From: Octopus sinensis
Taxonomy: Eukaryota
Direction of reading: 5' to 3'
DNA length: 43,481 bases
Assembly: GCF_006345805.1 (NCBI RefSeq)
Contig: NW_021834983.1
Location: 1-43,481, forward strand
Below the pieces are notes generated by a model, which saw nothing but the letters and a program-made list of their open reading frames with translations, ran no database searches and was not told the DNA's origin. Every line of letters begins with the position of its first letter. The stretch's first letter is position 1. Positions 13,149 to 23,756 of the stretch are shown in pieces. The translations under genes and the position numbers were made by a program.

Positions 13149-14154
13149 CTTAGCAGTATCGCCCGGCGTTGCTCGGGTTGTAAGGGAAATAACTATATAA
13201 GCATTTTTAGAGAGTTATAGCCAAAAAGTAGCAAAAAAATGCATTAAAAATTGAAAAAAAATAAGGTAAATTTTTCTTTAAATCGTTGACACATCGTAGA
13301 TATTTTTAGAGAGTACTTCCCTTATATAAAAGCGAAAAAAATGCATTAAAATGGAAAAAATGATGGTATTTTTTTTAAATCGTAGACTCATCGTAGACGC
13401 GCGCTAATACCCAGAGGGCTCGTTGTTATTCTGGGTAACTTTCTGTAAAATATTAAAATTTTGTTCAAACATCGCTATAGAAAATGGGTTATTAGCTAAT
13501 ATTCAATTGGGTATACAACAAAATTTACAATGAATTTGTTATTCTGGGTAACTTTCTGATACCCATAATAATATTTATGGCAAAATAGGCCTTAATTTCA
13601 TTTAAGATTGTGGGAATAACAAACTATCCTTTCTTTCGCTTTGTTTACGTTTAGCGTAATGATTCAAATAGGCTCATTCGAAAAAGTAAATAGAAATAGT
13701 CTAAGCTTTACTCTTCTGGGAAAGTCTGTGGCTTGGTCCAGTTTCTTCAGAAAACTCACCGAAGAAACAGTTTTTTTTAATTTTCACTCCATTCAGGTAC
13801 CAATTCGTTTCTTTATCGCTGTCGGATTCACTGTTTTCACTTTAATAGCTGCAAACTTGCAAGACAAAGGAGGAGAAGGGTGATAGCTTCAATGAAACAA
13901 TTCGCTCCCTTTGTGTGTGTTGCGTTTGCGTGTGGTGTAAACCAGACTAAGAAAAGCGTTTGACACACACACCAGAATGTGAGTTTTCTGTAAATTTGCT
14001 TTTATTGGAGTTTAATTTTAAAAACTGGACCTGGCATGACGCGATGCATTGTACTCTTAAAATTGCTAGGTAAATTGTAATTGAAGAAATCCTATATTGT
14101 AGATTTGTATAACTCCCAAAGGGAGGCATAAAATCTGCCTTTTATAATAAGAGA
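13149..14154 (-). mobile_element. Helitron unit 5 (about 1.0 kb, different cargo)
   Basis: Unit-0-type 3' module truncated near 13420, a block shared with unit 0, unique cargo, then the 5' module with the outer terminus. Confidence 0.7.
13655..13845 (-). pseudogene. Probable piggyBac-type transposase N-terminal fragment
   Basis: SENSESDSDKETNW...FGEFSEETGPSHRLSQKSKA, then (1-nt frameshift) LDYFYLLFRMSLFESL, resembling the F.E..GP....LDYF.LFF motif of piggyBac/PGBD proteins. Confidence 0.45.
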
Positions 14155-14250
14155 TATATATATAATATATATATATATATATTATATACATACACATATA
14201 TATATATTATATACACATATATATAGATATATACATACATTCATACATAC

Positions 14251-14283
<33 letters not shown>

Positions 14284-14490
14284 GTTATTTGTAAATAATC
14301 ACGCCGGAAATAACTCATAAACAAACCGGAAGCAACCGATACTCAACCGGAGATGACTACTACTTGACCGGAAGAAAATTGCAATAAGATATAAAGCCAT
14401 AATGTCATTGTTCCTTCTTTTACGCGTTGTCATTGTCAATGTATCTGGAGAAGGAGAAGTGAAGGGTTATGTCTAGAAATTGGTTTCATA

Positions 14491-15540
14491 GTGTTGGGTT
14501 TGCCCAAAAGTTCGGTTTTTCCGTTCGGTTTTTCAAGCAAAAATTAAACAAGTTTTAAGTACAAATCGATTTATTCAATCAACGATTTAATTACCGTTTC
14601 GTTCCAATATCTTGAGTCATCTTTTAGGCACATCTATCATTCTCTGCTCAAAGAATTTCCTGCATTTACTGGCGGAAAACTAGTAGAAGGTCAGTCCGTT
14701 CAAAGAATTTTGAAGAGACTGAAATAGGTGGAAATCTGAAGGTCCGAGTTCGGGCGAATATTGAGGGTACTGCAAAACTTCCCAGCCAAGCCCCAGTAAA
14801 TTCTGCCGCGTTTTCAAAGAAGTACGCGGTCAGGCATTGTCGAGATGAAAGACGATGCCCTTACGATTAGCAAGTACTGAACGTTTCTGGTGGGTCGCTG
14901 CGTGTAATTTGTCCCAGCTGAACACCGTACACATCCGAATCGATGGTCCTGTCCGTGGGAAGATGCTCATAAAAGACAACATCCTTCCAATTCCACCAAA
15001 TTGAAAGCATGACATTCTTTGTGTGAAGTCCTGCTTTGGAAGCTGTTTGTAGTGGTACATCGCATTTCTTCCACGATCGTTTGTGCTTCACATTGTCATA
15101 AACGATTCATTTTTCATTCTCTGCTACCATTCTCTTAAAAAATGGATTGTTTCCTTCACGTTTCCGCAACGAATCACAGACAGAAATCTGTTGAACCAGG
15201 ATAGCTTGATTCAATCGATGTGAGACCCAAACATCGAGCCTGCTGACCTGACCAAGTTGATGCAGTTAGTTTTGAATATAGGACCACCCTTGTTGTACAA
15301 TGGGAAATGATGTCACTGTTAATCTCAGTTGGGCTGTCAGAGCGAGGTGCAACTTGAACTGAAGAATTTCCCACTCGAATTCTTGATAACCTCTTCCAGA
15401 ACACACATTCCGTAACAGCATATTCTCCGTGCACAGTGCAAACCTCGCTGCAGGTTTCTGCCGCTTTCTTACCATTTTTAAAATAAAAAAAGTATGAGGT
15501 ATCGATTAATGCTCGTTTTGGTTTTCCATTCTCAGAGTGA
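14491..15540 (-). mobile_element. Decayed mariner (DD34D-type) transposon, 5' TIR lost
   Basis: ATG at 15529 (MENQNEH); fragments KNGKKAAETC, LDVWVSHRL, IVYDNVKHKRSW, KNVMLSIWW, FHLDNA, YSPELGPSDFHLF; TIR-like GTTGGGTTTGCCCAAAAG near 14493. Confidence 0.9.
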
Positions 15541-15548
15541 TCCGAAAC

Positions 15549-16248
15549 GTACTGGGGTCGATCTAATCGACTGGCCACCTCCCCCAAAATTTCAGGCCTT
15601 GTACCTAGAGTAGAAAAGATTATTTAAGGCGGCAAGTTGGCAGAAACGTTAGCAGGCCGGGCGAAATGCTTAGCAGTATTTCGTCTGCCGTTACGTTCTG
15701 AGTTCAAATTCCGCCGAGGTCGACTTTGCCTTTCATCCTTTCGGGGTCGATAAATTAAGTACCAGTTGTGTACTGGGGTCGATATAATCGACTTAATCCA
15801 TTTGTCTGTCTTTGTCCTCTCTGTGTTTAGCCCCTTGTGGGTAGTAAAGAAATAGGTATTTCGTCCGTCGTTACATTCTGAGTTCAAATTCTGCCGAGGT
15901 CGACTTTGCCTTTCATCCTTTCGGGGTCGATAAATTATATACCAATTGCGTACTGGAGTCGATTAATCGACTGGCTCCCCTCTCTCAAAATGTTGGGCCT
16001 TGTGTCTAGAGTAGAAAAGATTATTTAAGGTGGCGAGGAGGCAGAAACGTTAGCAGGCCGGGTGAAATACCGCTAAGCATTTCGCTTTGCGGTATTTATC
16101 CCGTCGCTACGTTCTCAGTTCAAATTCTGCCGACGTCGACTTTGCCTTTCATCCTTTCGGGGTCGATACATTAAGTACTGGGGTCGATCTAATCGACTGG
16201 CTCCCCTCTCCAAAAATTTCGGGCGTTGTGCCTAGAGTAGAAAAGGAT
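15549..16248 (+). mobile_element. Tandem array of SINE family 1 monomers
   Basis: Repeated GAGTTCAAATTC B box and CGAGGTCGACTTTGCCTTTCATCCTTTCGGGGTCGAT core (Deu/Nin/Meta-like central domain, assignment uncertain); heads at 15626 and 16027. Confidence 0.85.
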
Positions 16249-16344
16249 AAATTTATCTTTTACGAACCCCATGTACCATATCTGTATGTAACCGTGCATC
16301 GTTTGAAGCAAAGAAAGCAATGAGTGGTTTATTTTATAGCTAGA

Positions 16345-16555
16345 GTACACGTGGCTTAGTGGTTAGGGTATTCAGCTCACGATCACAAGGTCGCCAGTTC
16401 AATTCCTGGTGGCGTGTTGTGTCCTTGAGCAAGATACTTTATTTCATATTGCCCCAGTCCACTCTGCTGACAAAAATGAGTTGTACCTGTAATTCAAAGG
16501 GGGCCAGGCTTATTACATTCTATGTCATGCTGAATCTCCCTCAGAACAACGTTAT
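16345..16555 (+). mobile_element. tRNA-derived SINE family 3
   Basis: TGGCTTAGTGGTTAGG...GTTCAATTCC head, GTGTCCTTGAGCAAG, GTACCTGTAATTCAAAGGG body. Confidence 0.7.
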
Positions 16556-16690
16556 ATCGGTTTCGTTTGTCGAACTGCTACGTTACGGGGACGTTAAAAC
16601 ACCAACACTGGTTGCCACGCAGTTGTGAGATACACACACACACACATAGATATATATATACACAAATACACACAATTGTCACTAATCGTT

Positions 16691-16713
16691 TTCATTCCTA
16701 AGGTATTTTTCGA

Positions 16714-16786
<73 letters not shown>

Positions 16787-16868
16787 CACTATGCCATATG
16801 CCCATGGCGTAGTGGTTAAGACCGCGGGCTACTAACCCCAAGATTCCGAGTTCGATTCTAGGTGGTGA

Positions 16869-16934
<66 letters not shown>

Positions 16935-17184
16935 AATGATAATGATAATAATAATGATAATAATAATGATAATAATAATGATAATAATAATAACATCGAA
17001 AAATACCTTAGGAATGAGAACCCAGGTCCGAAATTTCCCCAAGACACCTGACGAAGGCTGGGGGGTATATCAGCCGAAACTTTATGTTAACAACAAACAA
17101 GATGAGGACAAATATCCGTCAAATGTAAATAAAGTACATAATGTGAAGAATGTACATAATTCCTCATCCCTTAAATATAGAACT
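16691..17184 (+). mobile_element. tRNA-head/(AAT)n/hammerhead element, copy 1, with inverted partial copy upstream
   Basis: A box 16805-16815, B box 16848-16859, (AAT)n 16873-16992, tail CATCGAAAAATACCTTAGGAATG... to 17184; 16691-16800 is an inverted, deleted copy. Confidence 0.75.
17043..17088 (+). ncRNA. Minimal type-I hammerhead ribozyme motif (degenerate)
   Basis: GACAC-CUGACGA-A-GGCUG(10 nt)CAGCC-GAAA-CU-UU-AUGUU; stem I and the stem III palindrome are mutated. Confidence 0.55.
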
Positions 17185-17479
17185 TTATTATTTCAAATAC
17201 TTCGAAAGGATGAAAGGTGAAGTGGATCTCGGAAGAACTTCAACTCAGAGCTTAAAGCTGGAAATAGATGCCGTTAAGCATTTTATCCGGTCTGGTAACG
17301 GTTCTGCCAACTCACCACCTTCCGAACTGTCAAAAATGACGAAGCGATTCTTCAAAAATGTAAAATGCGGAAACTTGTCTGAAGAGGATGTAAATAGAAA
17401 TATGAAAATAACAGGAAAATAAGAAAAATTATGCTTTCCACTCGTCAAATAAGATAAGGATTTGATGACACGTAATGTC

Positions 17480-17719
17480 TTTTATCTTCCACTTGCTCCA
17501 GTCATCAGACTGCGACCATGCTGGGGCATCGCCTTGAAGAATTTCTAGTCGAATGAATAAACTCCAGAACTAACTCGTTTTCAAGCCTGGTACTTGTTAT
17601 AACTGTTCCTTTTTGCCGAACCGCTACGTTACGGGGTTCTTAAAACACCAACACCGGTTGCCACGCAGTGGTAAGACACACACGCACACACACACACACA
17701 CAAGCACACACACACACAC

Positions 17720-17755
<36 letters not shown>

Positions 17756-17970
17756 GCACACACACACACGCACACACGCACACACACAAACACACACACA
17801 CACGCACACACACACACACACAAGCACACACACACACACACGCACACACACACATACACACACACACACGCACACACACACACACACACATACACACACA
17901 CAAACACACACACGCGCACACACACACACACACACGCACACACACAAACACACACACACACACACACACA
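17480..17970 (-). mobile_element. SINE family 2 tail/body fragment with long (CA)n expansion
   Basis: GACTGCGACCATGCTGGGGCATCGCC tail, GCCGAACCGCTACGTTACGGGG body, then about 300 bp of CA repeat. Confidence 0.65.
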
Positions 17971-18184
17971 CAATTGTCCCTAATCGTGACTGACAGGGCT
18001 GGGTAGCACGTATATTGCTAGAAATAAGAGTTAAAACGCTTACAACTGCAAGGATGCACATTTTCTTATGTTGACAGGGGAGATAACCGCCCCGTAAGCG
18101 AAGCTAGATCACTAAGGGTTTTAACGCTTATTTCTATCAATATAAATGCTACCCAACCCCATCAGTTACAATTAGTGACAAATG
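17971..18184. mobile_element. MITE with about 67-bp imperfect TIRs (extra inverted arm at about 18625-18758)
   Basis: CAATTGTCCCTAATCGTGACTGACAGGGCTGGGTAGCACGTATATTGCTAGAAATAAGAGTTAAAAC pairs with about 18118-18184. Confidence 0.7.
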
Positions 18185-18296
18185 GACTTTTCCTTTTTGG
18201 TATTATATTGCGTATAGCTGCCTTCGTTAATTTGGTAATTTTCACATAAGCATTTCACTAAATCAGCCATAAATTTATATGGTAAATATATATATA

Positions 18297-18526
18297 TTTC
18301 TTTACTACCCACAAGGGGCTAAACACAGAGGGGACAAACAAGGACAGACAAAGGGATTAAGTCGATTACATCGACCCCAGTGCGTAACTGGTACTTAATT
18401 TATCGACCCCGAAAGGATGAAAGGCAAAGTCGACCTCGGCGGAATTTGAACTCGGAACGTAACGACAGACGAAATACGGCTACGCATTTCGCCCGGCGTG
18501 CTAACGTTTCTGCCAGCTCGCCGCCT
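18297..18526 (-). mobile_element. Full SINE family 1 monomer with 17-bp TSD
   Basis: TGGTAAATATATATATA at 18280-18296 and 18527-18543; head AGGCGGCGAGCTGGCAGAAACGTTAGC. Confidence 0.9.
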
Positions 18527-19643
18527 TGGTAAATATATATATACTTACAGTCCGGATATAGCCAAACCATTCGGCGATGGAGTAGTCACTACTGATGAAC
18601 CAGTAATTTTACAAGCGAAACTAATTTAGTCTATTGATCTAGCTTCGCTTATGGGGCGGTTATCTTCCCTGTCAGTGCATGAAAATGTGCTTCTTGCAGC
18701 TGTAAGTGTTTCGACGCGTATTTCTAACAAAATAGGTACCACCCAACACTCTTAGTCATATAATTTTTCCTTTTTGGTTTTATTTTGCTTTTAGCTGCCT
18801 TCCTTATCATATATATACAGTGGGGGGAAATAAATATTCGTAATTGTCAAAATTCTTTATTTATTTAATTTCTAATGAACATAAATGGGATATACCAATA
18901 CTATATTAGCATACACATGCATAAATTAAGAATATGCAAAAGAAACTAATAAATTATAGTAACTATATATATATTTCCTGCATATTCTACACTTTCTGGG
19001 CAAAAGCTACAAATGTACATAATAAATATTATTATAGACTTTCGCTTCAAAAGCTCCTCAAGAACAATATTTCTTGTAGAGACATGAGGAAGCACCAACA
19101 CATGATGGTCTTCTGAATTTCCAGTCTGTAATTTTAGATTATTTGTTACTTGTACTTCAGCTGAAATCAAGGAATTTTACATGTCTGCAGTGTGACAAAT
19201 AATTGGCTTAAGTGGAAAACATGAAATGTCTCTGTAACCTGAATATAACAAGTAGTATTGAAATATATTGGAATATATGAAGCAGAATAATTAATAGCGA
19301 AATAAGTGCAAATACAAATATATAGAGCGTAGTAGATATATATCGATGACAGCGTTTTATATATATATTGATTAGATTTGCCAATGAGAAAAAGGGAGAA
19401 ATTTAATTTGATAAAAGCTTTAGTTGAGCATTATGAGATGAAAAAGACAGCAGAGTGAGGTTTCGAATACAAAATAAACAGAGTGACTCCAGCCCACGTC
19501 GAATAATTTAGAGGTTGTGACGGATGATTTATAAAGTAAATCATATAAAATGGAACGAATTCAACAGCATCAAATGGTGAAGTGTAAATCACGAAAAAGA
19601 GTATATATATATATATATATATACAAAATTATGTAGCGTATTA

Positions 19644-19903
19644 TCTATATATATAAAACTGAGAATGTGTGTCTGTCTGTCTGTCTGTGTGAATCTCTAA
19701 AACTTGAGAACTACACAACCAATTTCATTCAAATTTTACACATGCCTTACTTAGGGTCCATGGAGTGTCAGGGGCACAAAAAATCTTTAACTTCTTGCAT
19801 AGGGCGAGCCCACAAGCAATATCATATCTTCTCCACTATTTCAGTATTACGTGTTAAAAGTGAAACAAAAACATCTCTCTATTGGATGTATATGAATGTA
19901 TAT

Positions 19904-19957
<54 letters not shown>

Positions 19958-20696
19958 CTAATATATAATATGTATATGTATAGTATAGATGTATTTCTAT
20001 AGATATACATCTAAATTTATTCTGTCCAGTTACGTATCAGTATAGTGGTCATTTGCAAACTCCAGAGGTGACACTTTCATTTCTCCTTAGCCCTCACATC
20101 ACACAGTTGTTAATGTTTATTTCAGTTGGGTCTCATCCTTCCAATTGCTATAGATTCATAATGCATCTTACGGCTGTGCCTGTCACCTGCATGGTGAGGA
20201 ATACTACATTGGGAGTGGTAACGACTGCTGACTGCTTATTGTGATCATTCGTCTTTTGGTTTCCTGTAGCTTTGCTCTCTTTTACAAACCCAGTGAACAT
20301 ATATTTCCTATCTCAAAGAAATTCAAACAATAGATATAAGATCCAAGTTAAAAAGATTCTCAACAATCCAACTTCCCTGGTTGACATTAAGATGCCCACC
20401 CCCAATAGGGGCCTTAACTCTCACATTTTAGAGCTCCATGACCTCCATTTTTCAGGAGCAAAATCCTTTTAACAGGTTCTATAAGACTGGAATTTTGGGA
20501 TATGCGCATAAAAATCAGTAGTATGGGATACATGTGGCACGATTACAATTTTGTTTGGGTGTGTAAAGAGGGAAATAAGCATCATCTGCAACTTTGATGA
20601 AATTCGAAACAATTCCAGTTCATTAGAGAAAATATAACAGAAAAGTCTAATTCTTCAATTGTTTGTAACTCGGGCAACGCCGGGTAACTCTGCTAG
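19644..20696 (+). mobile_element. Non-autonomous Helitron (1053 bp)
   Basis: A|TCTATATATATAAAACTG 5' end; CTCGGGCAACGCCGGG hairpin plus CTAG|T 3' end. Confidence 0.8.
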
Positions 20697-21679
20697 TAAA
20701 TATATATTGATAGTTTGGTGATTGCTCTCCATTCATTTGCTACCAGCCATTATATGTATATATAACGAAAGACAGCCTGTGTATTTAATGTTTTTAATGC
20801 AACCTTTTCAAAATGAAAATGTTTTGAAATATGAAATTATCTAACTTAGCTACATTAATTTTCCATAATAAACAAAATTATTCTTATTCAAAAGTAATTT
20901 ATTTTCATACTTTTCATAAATATATTTTGTGATCAACACATCAACGTATTTCCCGAAAGACAGAACGAAATTTAGATGGTTATGGAAATTAATGGCGAAT
21001 AAAAAATATATATCTGTATATATATAATAAAAATAAATGAACAAAACTAATTTATTTAAGTTTCAAAAATGCCATTAATTACAAATTTTAATTTCGTGGA
21101 ACCAATTATTAAACCTGATTTTAAACGATCAGCGGCTTAATTGGTTGTGAAAGAGGATTTGGCATTGATCGCTTCTGATATAATAAAACGAAAATGTTTG
21201 GTCAAATAAATTCGTTCTTCCAAATACTGGAAGACGGTGAATAAACAGAATTGTTAAAGCAGCGTATAGAAACATGTGCTTTGTGGTAATTATTACGGTC
21301 CTTTGTGTTATGAGTTCAAATCCTACCGTGATCGACTTTGCCTTTCATCATTTTGAGTGCCATAAAGTAACAGTGCCATATTGGTTAGACCCATGCGTAC
21401 AGAAACTCTACTTTTTCTGTTGAGAGCTTATATGCCCCGTGATTAGATTATTTTCTCAAGTCATTACACGGTGGTCGCTTATGAGCTTTGAGCTTATGAA
21501 ATATTATTACTATCATTCATATATATATAGGGTTCAGCAAAATTTGCTTCACCACATACCGAAGTTTAGAAATAGCAGTCAAACTACTATTTTTCTACTA
21601 CCATAAGATATCTCCCAGACAGCAATACTCAACAACTCACGCAGGTAAAGAGAAAAAATAACGAATATACCAGGCTCTG

Positions 21680-21870
21680 ATTAACGTGCAAGTGGCTGAG
21701 CACTCCACAGGAACGTGTACCCTTAACGTAGTTCTCAGCGAGATTCAGTATGGCACAGGGTGGGAAAAGGTTGGCCCTTTGAATTACAGGTACTACGCAT
21801 TTTTCCCAGCTGAGGACACAACGCACTACCACTGGGAATCGAACCATCGGCCTAACCACTAAGCTACGCA
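21680..21870 (-). mobile_element. SINE family 3
   Basis: Minus head GCGTAGCTTAGTGGTTAGG..GGTTCGATTCCC; body GTACCTGTAATTCAAAGGGCC. Confidence 0.7.
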
Positions 21871-21899
21871 CCACCACCCACATATAATAAGCCTTTCTA

Positions 21900-22062
21900 T
21901 TATAAGCACAAGGCCTAAAATTTAGGGGAGGGGAACGGCCGGTACTTAATTTATTGACCCCGGAAGGATGAAAGGTAAAGACGACCTCGGCGGAATTTGA
22001 ACTCAGAACATGAAGACAGACGAAAGCATTTTGCCTGACGTGCTAACCATTCTACCAGCTTA
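21900..22062 (-). mobile_element. SINE family 1 (degenerate)
   Basis: GACCCCGGAAGGATGAAAGG..GACCTCGGCGGAATTTGAACTC. Confidence 0.75.
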
Positions 22063-22079
22063 CCGATTTCACTCACATA

Positions 22080-22565
22080 TACTCTTTTACTCTTTTACTT
22101 GTTTCAGTCGAGCAAATCGATCCCAGGACTTATTCTTTGTAAGCCTAGTACTTATTCCATCGGTCTCTTTTGCCGAACCGCTAAGTTACGGGGACGTAAA
22201 CACACCAGCATCGGTTGTCAAACGATGTTGGGGGGACAAACACAGACACACAAATATATGCACGCACACACACACACACACACACACCACACACACACCA
22301 CACACCCCACACACACAACACACACTGCCACACACACACACACACACACACCACACACACCACACACACACACCCCACACACATATATATATATATATAT
22401 ATATACGACGGGCTTCTTTCAGTTTCTGTCTGCCAAATCCACTCACAAGGCTTTGGTCGGTCCAAGGCTATAATAGAAGACACTTGCCCAAGGTGCCACG
22501 CAGTGGGACTGAACCCGGAACTATGTGGTTGTAAGCAAGCTACTTACCACACAGCCACTCCTACA
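22080..22565 (-). mobile_element. SINE family 2 (CORE-like, internal microsatellite)
   Basis: Head GGAGTGGCTGTGTGGTAAG..GGTTCAGTCCC, GGCACCTTGGGCAAG core, (CA/TA)n, tail GAAACAAGTAAAAGAGTAAAAGAG. Confidence 0.85.
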
Positions 22566-22893
22566 TATACTAATAAATGGTATTTGATCATAATTTTATT
22601 GTAATATACACTCACACAGCCACACACACATACACACTCACCTCACATACACACACACAAATACACACACACACACACCCATGCACGCACGCACACACAA
22701 TTATGGTGAACTTCCATTTTGCCCTTAGATTGTTCCCACGTTATCTCTGAACATCCGTCTTAATTGTGAAGCAACAAGTTTGATCGCCCACCCTCAGTCA
22801 CTCTGTCTCCACAGCCTCTCGCTCTCTCCCTCTCCACTCCTCTCTCTATATATATATCTAGGCGTGTGTGTGTGTGTGTGGTGTGTATGTGTG

Positions 22894-22924
<31 letters not shown>

Positions 22925-23181
22925 CTAACAAGCCCTTCAATCATTAGTCCTTTATAATTTCCCTGATAAATATCTTGGTAAAGAGATAGCCGTAGAACTG
23001 GGGATATAGTCAGATACACAAACACACACACACACACATACAACCACACACACACACATGCACGCACACACACACACACACACTCATGTGGAGAGAGAGA
23101 AATACATAGATTTATACGTCCCCATAGACATATTCGCACATTATATATCTATGTGTGTGTGTATGTATGTATAAATGTATA

Positions 23182-23435
23182 TCGTTGCTATTTTGCAAAA
23201 GTGTCGTAAGTCCAAAACGTTGCTTTTTTTCAGAAAACGATAAAATAGTTTCACCATTCCATAGCAAAACGGTTGTACTACACTTTGACAATTTTTGATA
23301 TCTTGGCATCTGAAGCAGCTGGAGATACGATAGTTTGACCAAAAAAACCGACTATTCAAAACAAATATAAATATTGAAAAAAAAACCGCATTTGGCCAAA
23401 TTTGGACATACGACAGTTTAACATAATAGCAACGA
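23182..23435. mobile_element. MITE with about 34-bp imperfect TIRs
   Basis: CGTTGCTATTTTGCAAAAGTGTCGTAAGTCCAAA versus TTTGGACATACGACAGTTTAACATAATAGCAACG. Confidence 0.65.
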
Positions 23436-23756
23436 CACACACACACACACACACACACAGTGAATAGGTGCCGTAGAGAAATGAGCTCGAAGCTCTACTA
23501 TCTACATCAATGTCAAAATGCGTTCCAACGAGAGATCCGTTAGTTATTTGTTTGGAATGCATGCAGCAGCAGCAGCAGCCAAATGTCCCTCAAATCAACT
23601 TTTCCTCCTGAGAAAAAGATGGAAAGACATCCTGGTATGATGTAAACTGAGATAAACTACTTCAGAAAGTAGGATGATCACGACTAGAATAGCCTTACTT
23701 ATATGTCTGCTTAAACAAACCTTTCCTAGGGTTAAATAAACACTACCACCAATTTT

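Larger units (their letters stand above)
3695..14154 (-). mobile_element. Head-to-tail concatemer of six non-autonomous Helitron units
   Basis: Minus strand: outer 5' A|TCTCTTATTATAAAAGG at 14154; outer 3' CCCGAGCAACGCCGGGCGATACTG-CTAG|T at 3695; internal CTAG|TCTTATT junctions at 5812/13, 7659/60, 9511/12, 11365/66 and about 13148/49. Confidence 0.8.

Noticed and set aside
3695-14154. Autonomous Helitron (RepHel)
   Set aside because: No HUH/Rep or PIF1 helicase motifs seen in any frame; units are only 1-2 kb.
15549-16248. CRISPR-like or regularly spaced repeats
   Set aside because: The repeats are SINE cores; eukaryotic context, no unique spacers, no cas genes.
16801-16872. Genuine tRNA genes (here and at 461-748, 23757, 24270, 34018)
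   Set aside because: A/B boxes are present but there is no complete acceptor stem, and each continues into a SINE body.
18585-18635. CTGATGA...GAAAC hammerhead-like motif (also CTGATGA on the minus strand near 2990-2997)
   Set aside because: Stem II cannot close at the core in the first; the second has GAAC instead of GAAA. Not supportable as ribozymes.
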